A DNA stretch of 63,411 bases, counting the filler, from Octopus bimaculoides (taxonomy: Eukaryota): the NCBI RefSeq assembly GCF_001194135.2. It is 9 parts of 9 records of this genome, joined end to end, with 100 filler letters (N's around TTAATTAATTAA, not from the genome) between each part and the next. Parts side by side here need not be neighbours in the genome. Positions count along the whole stretch, not along the records: positions 46,298 to 57,259 come from NC_068982.1; positions 57,360 to 61,733 come from NC_068987.1; positions 61,834 to 63,411 come from NC_069004.1; 6 more parts are not named here. One strand, given 5' to 3'. Position numbers and translations under genes: made by a program. Positions 52,411 to 63,411 of the stretch are shown piece after piece; the first letter of the stretch is position 1, and the number at the start of each line of letters is the position of its first letter. The notes below the pieces were generated by a model, which worked only from the letters and a program-made list of their open reading frames with translations, was not told the origin of the DNA and made no database searches.

Positions 52411-53378
52411 NNNNNNNNNNNNNNNNNNNNNNNNNNNNNNNNNNNNNNNNNNNNNNNNNNNNNNNNNNNNNNNNNNNNNNNNNNNNNNNNNNNNNNNNNN
52501 NNNNNNNNNNNNNNNNNNNNNNNNNNNNNNNNNNNNNNNNNNNNNNNNNNNNNNNNNNNNNNNNNNNNNNNNNNNNNNNNNNNNNNNNNNNNNNNNNNNN
52601 NNNNNNNNNNNNNNNNNNNNNNNNNNNNNNNNNNNNNNNNNNNNNNNNNNNNNNNNNNNNNNNNNNNNNNNNNNNNNNNNNNNNNNNNNNNNNNNNNNNN
52701 NNNNNNNNNNNNNNNNNNNNNNNNNNNNNNNNNNNNNNNNNNNNNNNNNNNNNNNNNNNNNNNNNNNNNNNNNNNNNNNNNNNNNNNNNNNNNNNNNNNN
52801 NNNNNNNNNNNNNNNNNNNNNNNNNNNNNNNNNNNNNNNNNNNNNNNNNNNNNNNNNNNNNNNNNNNNNNNNNNNNNNNNNNNNNNNNNNNNNNNNNNNN
52901 NNNNNNNNNNNNNNNNNNNNNNNNNNNNNNNNNNNNNNNNNNNNNNNNNNNNNNNNNNNNNNNNNNNNNNNNNNNNNNNNNNNNNNNNNNNNNNNNNNNN
53001 NNNNNNNNNNNNNNNNNNNNNNNNNNNNNNNNNNNNNNNNNNNNNNNNNNNNNNNNNNNNNNNNNNNNNNNNNNNNNNNNNNNNNNNNNNNNNNNNNNNN
53101 NNNNNNNNNNNNNNNNNNNNNNNNNNNNNNNNNNNNNNNNNNNNNNNNNNNNNNNNNNNNNNNNNNNNNNNNNNNNNNNNNNNNNNNNNNNNNNNNNNNN
53201 NNNNNNNNNNNNNNNNNNNNNNNNNNNNNNNNNNNNNNNNNNNNNNNNNNNNNNNNNNNNNNNNNNNNNNNNNNNNNNNNNNNNNNNNNNNNNNNNNNNN
53301 NNNNNNNNNNNNNNNNNNNNNNNNNNNNNNNNNNNNNNNNNNNNNNNNNNNNNNNNNNNNNNNNNNNNNNNNNNNNNN

Positions 53379-53434
<56 letters not shown>

Positions 53435-53439
53435 GTATC

Positions 53440-53489
<50 letters not shown>

Positions 53490-53949
53490 TGTATATATAT
53501 ATATGTATGTATATATACATATACACATACTCACATACGCACACGTACAAACGCACGAACGCACAGAGACACATACACACATGTAGTTGCGCGTGCACAC
53601 TACAAAGACTGATATATTAACCTACATTATCATCATCGTCATCATCCTGGATCAGAACTTCAGAATCACCAGTTGTCTCGATGTGTTCTATTATATATTA
53701 TTTACCACTCCCCTGTTAGTCGACATTAATGAGATATTGATTATTATGATGCATGTTATTGTTCTGGCCACGTATTATTACGAACTCCATCATGCACAAA
53801 CAGATACCCCCAACCTATTCCATCAATCTCATTATCACCTTAATCTTTTTATCGTATCATATGACCTATTCATGAGAGATGTTTGACTTCAAAGATATTG
53901 TGCAGTAGCGTCAGCTTGGTTCGTTCAGCCTAGTCGATATATGTCATCT

Positions 53950-54170
53950 TTTTATCTGTTACTTGTATCAGTCATCAGATTGAAGCCATGCTGGGGCACC
54001 GCCTTGAAGGGTTTTAGAAAAAGGAAACGACTTGACTACTTATTTTTATATCTGGTACTGACTCTATCAATCTACCAGGCCCTTATGTGAAGCCGCTAAG
54101 TTACGGGACGTAAACAAGCCAACACTGGTCATCAGGTGAGGGGGTGCGGAATAAACACAAACAAAATGGT
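53950..54170 (-). mobile_element. SINE family A-related 3' half, diverged
   Basis: GCCATGCTGGGGCACCGCCTTGAAGG...CCGCTAAGTTACGGGACGTAAACAAGCC; a similar remnant lies at 32040-32200. Confidence 0.7.
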
Positions 54171-54292
<122 letters not shown>

Positions 54293-54424
54293 TACATCCT
54301 ACATGATTTTAGAATCATATTTGCATAGGTGTGTAAGTGCAGGCGTGGCTGTGTAGTAAGAAGATTACTTTATTTCCCAATCACCACAAGGTTCCTGGTT
54401 CAGTCCCACTGGGTAAGCGTTTTA

Positions 54425-56045
54425 TACCATTGCCTGGGATCGCTTTCTGTTGTCCTAGGTACATTCAACATACACTATGAGCTGAGAAAGAACGGACCTC
54501 GTCTCAACCAACTTCTTTTCATGGATGATTTAAAACTGTTCGCAAAAACAGAGCCTGAAATGGAGAGGCTGGTTGAGACTGTGCAAATGTGCAGCAAGGA
54601 CATAGGGATGGAATTCGGTATCTTGAAGTGTGTGGTGCTTACTTTGAAGTGAGGGGGAAAAGAGTAAAGTGTAAGGGTAATTAATTGCAAGACGGAGAGA
54701 GAATGGAACATTCGGATGATAATGGGTACAAGTACCTTGGGATCCTGGAGCTGGACAATATCTTGCACAGAGAAATGAAAGAGAAGGTCATCACTGCATA
54801 TCTCAGGCGCCTCAAACTTCTTTTGAAATCAAAGCTCAACTCAAGGAAGCTTGTGACTGCCATCAACATATGGGCTGTTGCTGTAATCCGCTATAGTGCA
54901 CCTATCCTGAGATGGACACAAGCGGAGATTGACCAACTGGATCGCACTACCCGAGACACAATGACAATGCATAGTACCCTCCACCCTAAGGCAAATGTAC
55001 ACAGATTCTACAAGAAGAGAGGTAAGGGTGGATGTGGGCTGTTTAGCGTACGGGAGTGCAACAAAAATGAAAGAAGAAACATGGCAGAGTATTTGGTAAA
55101 CAGCAAAGAGGACCTGATGCTAGTGCAGAAGGAGTTAACGAAAATGGACTTGAGAGTGCTCATGAATTCCGAACAAGAACAGCCAATGGAATTACATGGT
55201 CAGTTCCACCATGAAACCAACAAATTAAAAGATCAGGAAGTATGATGGTGGTGGCTCCAGAAGAGTGACTTAAAATAGAATACTGAAAGCCTAATCATCG
55301 AGGCCCACGACCAAGCATTGAATACCATCTCAGTAAAAAAAAATATTTACCACACAAGTGCATCGGACCTTGCAAAATGTGTGGGAAGAGGGTCGAAAGT
55401 ATGACTCACCTTAATGCTTGTGAAAGTCTTGCGCAGAAAGAGTGAAAGCGTAGACAAAATAAACTAGCCCAGAACCTCCCCTGGCTACTATGCCGCAAGT
55501 ATGGATATAAGGTTACCGGTGCTTGGTATCAGCATACACAATAAAAGGTAATGGACGAAAAGGGGGGAGGCAAAAATCCTCTAGGACATTGATTTCCCGA
55601 CAGACAGGGTGTTAGAGCATCGAAGGCCGGATATAGTAACCTTTATGGGGGACAAACAAGTTCGCCTAATAATCGACGTAGCAGTGCCAAGAGACCAACG
55701 TATTATCATGAAAGAGAAAGAGTTGATAAAAATGGAGACCTGAGAATTGAAATCGCTAAGATGTGGCAGCTACGAGAGTCGAACATAAAGATTAATCCCC
55801 ATTGTCGTCAGAGCATTGGGTTCAATACCACCGAATCTAAAAAAAAAAACCCTCTGAAAACCTTAGAAATACCTTGTAATCTAGATGAATTGCAAAAGTC
55901 GGCATTATTTGGAACTGCATGCATATTGCATAAAGTAGCGCCTGTCTAAGGTCGTGTTGTGACTTGATAAACAGCACCAACCCCAAGTAGACACAATATC
56001 TTCAATCAACAACCACACGATATTGTTTACTGTACGACGACAGTA
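54425..56045 (+). mobile_element. Degenerate 5'-truncated R4/Dong-like non-LTR retrotransposon (RT C-half, CCHC region, RLE domain, 3' UTR)
   Basis: LLFMDDLKLFAK, GMEFGILKC, YKYLGILE, AINIWAVAVIRYS, RGKGGCGL, a degenerate C-x2-C...H...C region and HRRPDIV...IIDVAVP...IVVRALG across stops and frameshifts; ends at a (TAA)n tract. Confidence 0.9.
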
Positions 56046-56073
56046 ATAATAATAATAATAATAACGACGACGG

Positions 56074-56139
<66 letters not shown>

Positions 56140-56143
<4 letters not shown>

Positions 56144-57259
56144 AATAATAAACCTGGCCGTCACTGAACTAACAACCACAGAAACAACAGGCAATATCAC
56201 TGAGCTAAATGACATAATATATGCAGCAGCCACTGCTGCCACAAAAGAAGCAGGATACTCACTCAAACCCATCCGAACAGGAGTTCTACCACCCAAACAG
56301 ACCTTGTGGATAAATAACATCCAGAACAACATTTAAAAAAAGAAAAAAGATTTATCGATTCTCAACGATATTAGTAAACAATCAACACAACTAAGTAACA
56401 AGAAGAAAACAAAAATACTGTACAAATGCAGCATTACAGAAAAAGACTTACCTGAGGCAAAGCACAAAGAATCCGCCGGTATGAGAAACGCCAACGTTTC
56501 TTTGAACAAAACAAACAGTTCAAATCCAACCCCAAAAAACTCTACCAAGAACTCGGTAAAAATAAAATAGACATTACTGCAGCACCAACAGCAGAAGAAC
56601 TGGAAGAATTCTGGAAACAAATATGGTCGGTGAAGCAACAACCCCAGAAAAGGACCATTAAAACAACGAACTTAGCACCTGAGCAACTCTGGGCCCCTAT
56701 AACAACTGAAGAGGTCACCCAGACACTGCAAAGACTAAGCAACTGGAAGGCACCTCGATACGACAAAATCCCCAACTTCTGGTTAAAACACCTACCAGGA
56801 ATGCATAAAAAGCTGGCAGAAAACTTTAACAACATACTAGCAGAGCCAGAGACAAGGCCTGAATGGTTCACGAAAGGGAAAACCATCTTAATCCCAAAAT
56901 CCACGGAAACAGAGAAACCACAAAACTATAGACCTATAACCTGTCTCCCTACGATCTACAATGCCTTTACTGCAATAATATCGCAGAGATTGAGTAAGCA
57001 CCTGGAAAATAATAACCTGTTTCCAGAAGAGCAGAAGGGATGCTCCAAGGGCTCATACGGCTGTAAAGATCAATTATTGATCAATAAGGCCATAACTGAA
57101 GACAGCCGCAGAAAGAAGAAAGGCCTCAGTATGTCCTGGGTGGACTACCAAAAGGCTTTCGACAGTGTTCCCCACACGTGGATTCTGGAAACACTAGCCA
57201 TAAACAAGGTGGCACCAATTATTATAAAATACATAAGGCACTCAATGAACAAATGGCAG
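56140..57259 (+). mobile_element. R4/Dong-like non-LTR retrotransposon fragment (pre-RT region and RT N-half), cut by the piece end
   Basis: ITELNDIIYAAA, NWKAPRYDKIPNFWLK, GKTILIPK, NYRPITCLPTIY, EEQKGC...GCKDQLLINK, SWVDYQKAFDSVPH; open from 56630 to the gap, with frameshifts upstream. Confidence 0.93.
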
Positions 57260-57359
57260 NNNNNNNNNNNNNNNNNNNNNNNNNNNNNNNNNNNNNNNNN
57301 NNNTTAATTAATTAANNNNNNNNNNNNNNNNNNNNNNNNNNNNNNNNNNNNNNNNNNNN
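57260..57359. other. Artificial scaffold-join spacer
   Basis: 44N + TTAATTAATTAA (57304-57315) + 44N. Confidence 0.95.
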
Positions 57360-57392
<33 letters not shown>

Positions 57393-58600
57393 GCTTCTTT
57401 TACTTTCCGTCTACCAAATCCACTCACAAGGCTTTGGTCGGCCCAAGGCTATAGTAAACACTTGTTCAAGGTATCATGCATTGGGACTGAACCCAAGAAC
57501 TATATGGTTGGGAAGCAAGCTTTTTACCACACAGCCACGCTTGCACAGTATTTTTTTATTTCCTATCAAAATATTAACTTTAAAAAGGAAATTTAATCTA
57601 ACAACACTATTCTGTATTGATTCACTCATTTCATATCCACGTGTAATCAAATGTTCGATTGGAAAACAACAATCCGATTATCTTTTTAAAAATATCTCTC
57701 GCTGGGTCAATGTCCGTAATTTTCAAATATATCCTCAGGAAATTATTATATGAAATGACAGTCATTTAATGACAGTCTATATATAATCATGTCAACACAA
57801 AACCAATGAAAAAATGACATGCAATGTGGAGGAGTAACAACAAAGAAGCAACTTATCTTGCTGTGGCTGTTTTAGCTGGACTAGTACTTACGTAAGAAAA
57901 TACCACCACCGCCACTACAATTATTATTATTGTTGCTTTATTTAGCAACAAGTCAGCCTGGAGTCCTGAAGGAAGGGGATCTCTCCCCCATCTCTGACTA
58001 CATTATCCAGTATGTCCTTCTGTTTCCAAGATGATAGGGTGAAATCTGAGGCATATTTAGCTGCTATTTCAAGCTGGTCGAAACATCACAGAGAAGACTC
58101 ACTATAAACCCCAGAGTCCTGGAAAAAAAAGTGCTTTGCTGTATTTCTTGCTTCTCTTTACGTTTTGAGTTCATATTCCGTGAAGCTCAACTTCGCTTTT
58201 TCCTCCTTTCGGGTTCGATAAAATAAAGTAGCAGTCAAATACTGGAGTGAATGCAATCAACTAATCCCACCCACTAAAATTGATGGCTTTGTGCTAAAAA
58301 TTTGAAACAATTATTATAGTGAAGTTTACTGCTCCAGCACTTGCGAAATGAGAGATGCAGTTTTGAATCTTAGCCTTTGAATCACCAGATGTGGTTTTAC
58401 GAAAGGCAAGAAATTCTTATTCTCCTTTCCCATTATAAAGCCCTGGTCGTACATATCACACCCCACAAAGTGAGTTTTATTGAAGCCGAAAATCTCCATT
58501 GAGTTTCACAGACAGCTTCAGTAAAGGCTTTTACTCTAATTTTGCTATTCCAGTACAATAGCCATATTGTTTTGCAGGTATATGCTCAAATGTATCTCTA

Positions 58601-58638
<38 letters not shown>

Positions 58639-58884
58639 ACATGAATAACCCTTAGCACTATAACTGTATAATTAGTTCAACGAGAGAACAAATAATACAA
58701 AAGCACCATCCAGTCGAACATGAACTGACGTTTGAAGGTGGCAGACCAACTTTCGAAATGATCAAATTCCATTTCTTATCATTTTTATCTTTACTTATCA
58801 ATCAACAATAAATGTGCCGCTGAGAGGGTGAGGTGAACATTTACGATTTGAGGAAGAACCCTTCGAAATTTATGAATTGGATAC

Positions 58885-59215
58885 ATGTGACTGTGTGGTA
58901 AGAAGTTTGTTTCTCAGCTACTTGTCGCCTTCGGCAAGTGTCTTCTACTATAGCCCCAGGCCGACTAAAATCTTGTGAGTGAATCTGATAGACAAAAAGT
59001 GAAAGAAGCCCGTCGTCGTAATATGTATGTGTCTGCGTGCGTGTGACAACTCTCAACGCTTGACAACTTGTGTTGGTTTGTGTAATCTCATGTAGCGGTT
59101 CGGCACAACAGACCAATAGAATAAGTACGAGAGTTTAAAAAAAACAAGTACTAGGGTTGATTTGTTTGACTAAAACACTTCAAGGCGGTGCCCCAGCATG
59201 GCCGCAGTCCAATGA
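58885..59215 (+). mobile_element. SINE family A, diverged
   Basis: Head GTGACTGTGTGGTAAGAAG through CCCCAGCATGGCCGCAGTC. Confidence 0.8.
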
Positions 59216-59721
59216 CAAGATTTCAGAAAAATATCACAAGCAATTTCAAGACGTAAGTCCCGCTCGTCCAAGCTCATCTGATTGTCAGCCAGAATCAACA
59301 AAAGCAGTAAAAATAGCGGCTACGTTTATTTCAAACATCACCTTATCTTAAATAAAACATTGAACAATATAATCAGTCCCTGATATACAATATGACGGAA
59401 TGGTCAAAGTTTGTCCACTTTTGATCCTAGGTTGGCCCAGTTGGAGTTAACGCGTAGCTACAGATCGAGACCAAAATGTTATCGTTCTTGGTTGCATTTC
59501 AACTTATAAAATCCTGGCCCAACTCTCTTTTACCTCAGTTTTCTCAATGAGCTGTACACCCGAAAATAATGTACGGGTGTCAGTGTTTCTTTGCCCTCGG
59601 GAGCTGACATATTTTAACATGGGGGTAACTGAAATATGTGAAGCACTACTTACACACATACACAGAAATACAAATGCTGATAGGCAAAAAAGCTACAAAA
59701 TTTAAGCAAAAAGCACAAACG

Positions 59722-59840
59722 TATACACACGTACAATATATGTATTACATACATATATTGCATACATACATATACACACACGTACAATATATGTATTACA
59801 TACATACATATACACACACGTACAATATATGTATTGCACA
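59722..59840 (+). repeat. Short tandem repeat ACACACGTACAATATATGTATT x3
   Basis: Three copies separated by TACA/CA filler. Confidence 0.8.
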
Positions 59841-61476
59841 ACTATATGCACCACATTAAATTCACACCCACATATAGGCACCAAATACGCACACGCACAC
59901 ACACACACACAAAATGTACACACACTTAACCATGATAGTAACAGTAAAGAAAAACTTAAATTGGCCTACAAAATAGTTTCAGTTGCGTATTACAAATATT
60001 ATACTAGCACTCTATATTAGCACATATAGAATGGGTACGCAACACATACACACAGCATAAAATGACATATGCACATTTTTCTTTCCAAAAACTGTCCCAG
60101 AGAATCGCTTCGCGTCTAATAAAACACAAAATCAGGGTCTGAGTTACTGGAAAGCAGTGGTTCAAAAAAAAAAAAAAGAGCCACTCAAATTTGAGGTGGG
60201 TCACACGAGTCTGGCTTTTAGAACATACGCCTCGCAATCAATCTACGAAAAAGACATTAAGTTACCCTTTCTTCCATCCGATGACTCGAGCCGACACCTT
60301 GGGCAAGTACTAACAAGCTTTCTCGCTTCCCATGTCACTGTTACGATGAACTTCCAAGGCCCGGCAGAACAGGCAGAAGGAGGTCACATAGTTTCAACAG
60401 CTATCAGAGTGGATGAATGATGGGAGAAAACATGCTACCTTTAATCGTTTTGCACTCATAGCCATTACAAAATCGTGACGAAATACTGAAGTGTAGCAGC
60501 CTCTCCACGCTAACCAAAAACAGATACCCCCCAGATAATGGATCCAGCATAGGCTTCCAAGTATCTTATCCTTTAAGGAATTACCGATGACATACACATA
60601 AATTTTGGACGCAGCTATACTTCTAATTGCAACGTTGCTTAAACATACTAGTGAGCCATACCGATCTACCTGAAAAGACTATCTCCTTGTCGTTTAACCC
60701 AGATCACCCCCGATCGAGCAAAAATATGATCAAAGGCACTACAGCCGTACAAGAAGCTCTGGAATTGATTATCCAATGTATCAGTTTAAGAGACGAGTAG
60801 GTTAATTTGAGGGAAATTTTAGCTTCTGTTTCTAGCAGTCGAGCGACAACGCGGAAGCTCTCTTGTTGGAACGTCTCGTAGTAAGCAAAGACAACAGTTC
60901 AAAATTAACGAATGTTCTGTTTGTAGTACTGAGTTGAACCTTGCGTGTGTGTGTGTGCCAACAGGTACTCTAACTACATCATGACGGTACCCTTTCAACC
61001 CTTCCATTGTTCAACTGACAAAACGCAGTACTGAATGCGGTGAAAACAGGTTTATGTTTCATATAGTTACATTAAATATAACGAGTTTTGTTTTTAAATT
61101 GTATTTACATTAACTAAGAGAAAGCAATACAAACAAATTATCTATTTATATATAACAAAAGCAATAGAGTAAATAGAAATTTTCAATACTTTTTGAGGCT
61201 TTTTGCAGCACAGTAAATCTGGAATTTAAAAAAACTCAAAAACCCTCTGTAAATGCCTCTAGCATGTACCTTATTTTGTTTAAATGCTGGGACTTGTGTG
61301 TCCAAATATTGGGAACACTTTAAACGAAATCCTTTAGATAACAATTAACAGGGGGGTAACATTAAGCAATTAAAAAGTCAGACTAATTTTGATAGCATTC
61401 ACCGATAATATTCTTAGTGGTATATCTTCTGCGTTCAAATATCACCGACGTGAACTTCGCCGTCTATCCTTTAGGG

Positions 61477-61728
61477 CAGGGGTTTTCAAACTTTATATTT
61501 CAGGCTTTACCTTAGGGTAAACGCTTATGAAATTTATACATAAATGTTTGCTTAAAATAACATATATTTTTACATTTATTTATTTAACAGTATTTAACAG
61601 AATAGGTTTATTGTCAATTAAAAGATTTCGATTAAAAAACATATATAAAATCAAATTGCCCATAAAAAGTATTTGCTGTCCACGGACCCCCTGTCTTGTC
61701 CTTGCGGACCACAGTTTGAAAACCCCTG
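61477..61728. mobile_element. hAT (Charlie-like) MITE, 252 bp
   Basis: Perfect 16-bp TIRs CAGGGGTTTTCAAACT / AGTTTGAAAACCCCTG; left flank CTTTAGGG and right flank CTTTA(NNN) fit an 8-bp TSD. Confidence 0.85.
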
Positions 61729-61733
61729 CTTTA

Positions 61734-61833
61734 NNNNNNNNNNNNNNNNNNNNNNNNNNNNNNNNNNNNNNNNNNNNTTAATTAATTAANNNNNNNNNNN
61801 NNNNNNNNNNNNNNNNNNNNNNNNNNNNNNNNN
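61734..61833. other. Artificial scaffold-join spacer
   Basis: 44N + TTAATTAATTAA (61778-61789) + 44N. Confidence 0.95.
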
Positions 61834-62505
61834 AATAAGACTAGCTAGAAAAACACAAATGAAAACTTAGCTAAAAACAAAATGGGTAAAATAAAGTTTT
61901 CTGAAAATTTATAAGCGATCTCTATAACAATAAAAACTTTTAAGGATGTTTGAAGCTCTTGCATGTTTTGTTGTTTTTACACATTTTTTCCTAAGGTTTC
62001 GTTATATCCTACCCTGGTGCAAAGTGTTATTTATTTCCGAAAAAAAAAAACACAAAAAAAACACAAAAAAAAACGCAGAAACGAACCAAAAGAACATGGA
62101 AATTTAGTAGGTCTAAAAGAGAAAATAGCAACAACAACAAGAACAAAAAGAGCACCGATAGCAGCAGCAGCAACAACAAGTGTAAAATAATAAAAGATTA
62201 CAAAGCAAAAAAAAAAAAATGAAAAAATACTGGAAAAAATAACTAGCCAATATAGAGACGGGAATAGACTGACTTTAGTTAAAATGTTGAGGTGTGATTA
62301 AGAGGTGTGTGTGTGTGTATGTATGTGTGCGTGTGTGTGCGTGTGTGCGTGTGTGTGTAAGCGCGTCCTTGGCAAGATGGAAGGGAGAGCAGAATCGTAA
62401 ATGTCTGAGATAATTTGCAGGCAAATAATTTAAAATGTACAATTTTCACTGTCATGATTGGCACTAGGAGAAATATTTTCACCGTAGTTTTTTTGAGAAA
62501 ATGCG

Positions 62506-62538
<33 letters not shown>

Positions 62539-63349
62539 AAGAGAAAAAATTAAAAAGAAAAACACTGAAAAAAAAAATTGTTCGAAATAAAATAAAAGAA
62601 GAGAGAAACGTGCTTCAGGCTTCCATTTTTCTTACATTTCAGACATACTCTCGCATACACGCAAATATATTTATTTGGTGCAGAAAGAGTGTGGCCTTAA
62701 CATAAAAGCGATTTGTTATTTTATTACAATTGATCAGCTTTTCAAATCAACTTTGTCTTCGATCTTTTCGGTGTCGATAAAATAAATTACTAGCTAAGTA
62801 CTGCGAACATTTCTATTAGTTAATCTCTTCCCGTCATTATTACTGGCCTTGTGAAGGCGGCGAGGTTGCAGAATCGTTAGCACACCGGGCATTTCACCTG
62901 TCTTTACGTTCTGAGTCCAAATTCCACCGTAGTCGACGGAATTGAAACCACGACCTCATAATCGTGAGTGTGCCACTCTACACACTAGGTTATGCATACT
63001 CAATGTTTAACTTCAACGATTCGAATCCGCCTTTCACTTCATGAAAAGTGTAATTTATATTACACAATCTTGAATGTGTTCTCTTTATTTTAGTTTGATG
63101 GAGATTCACTTCTTTCGTCAGAGGGTATTTTTATCATAGTTATTCCCATTTTAGAGTGTTACAACAACCGTCCTTACATGAAGGATTCAAGGTATTTACT
63201 TGAAAGTATACAGTTACGCACAAAGACAAGCGCAAATATTCACACACGGAGACATACACGCACATAAGTCTGCATTTATGTATGTATGTATGTATGTATA
63301 TATGTATGTATATATATATTATATATCTATATATGCATACATATACATA

Positions 63350-63411
<62 letters not shown>

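Noticed and set aside
60395-60500. hAT dimerisation-domain remnant (…NRFALIAI…)
   Set aside because: The similarity is too short and needs frameshifts, so it cannot be supported without a search.

Overview
Eukaryotic, very repeat-rich DNA, inferred to be cephalopod (Octopus-like) from its SINE families and extreme (TA)/(CA)/(GAT) microsatellite load. The window is not one continuous locus. Eight identical 100-bp spacers (44 N + TTAATTAATTAA + 44 N) join nine separate pieces: A 1-21725, B 21826-26939, C 27040-29965, D 30066-37326, E 37427-42047, F 42148-46197, G 46298-57259, H 57360-61733, I 61834-63411. There are also many sized N gaps. The only confidently recognisable host gene is three consecutive minus-strand exons of a ULK1/2 (Atg1/unc-51) kinase in piece B; the rest of the gene is not visible. 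Everything else identifiable is transposon-derived: more than 20 copies or fragments of one tRNA-type SINE, several other SINE families, three fragments of R4/Dong-like RLE non-LTR retrotransposons, Tc1/mariner remnants (one DD37D/maT), hAT MITEs, minisatellites and microsatellites. I found no evidence for a new multi-gene biological system, CRISPR array or RNA gene. The best leads are a perfect CLEAR/USF palindrome in a CpG-retaining patch, intron differences in ULK, a tandem pair of R4/Dong fragments at a TAA microsatellite, CpG-decay contrasts between pieces, a 150-bp tandem derivative repeat and a few orphan exon candidates. All work was done by eye; no database search was run.
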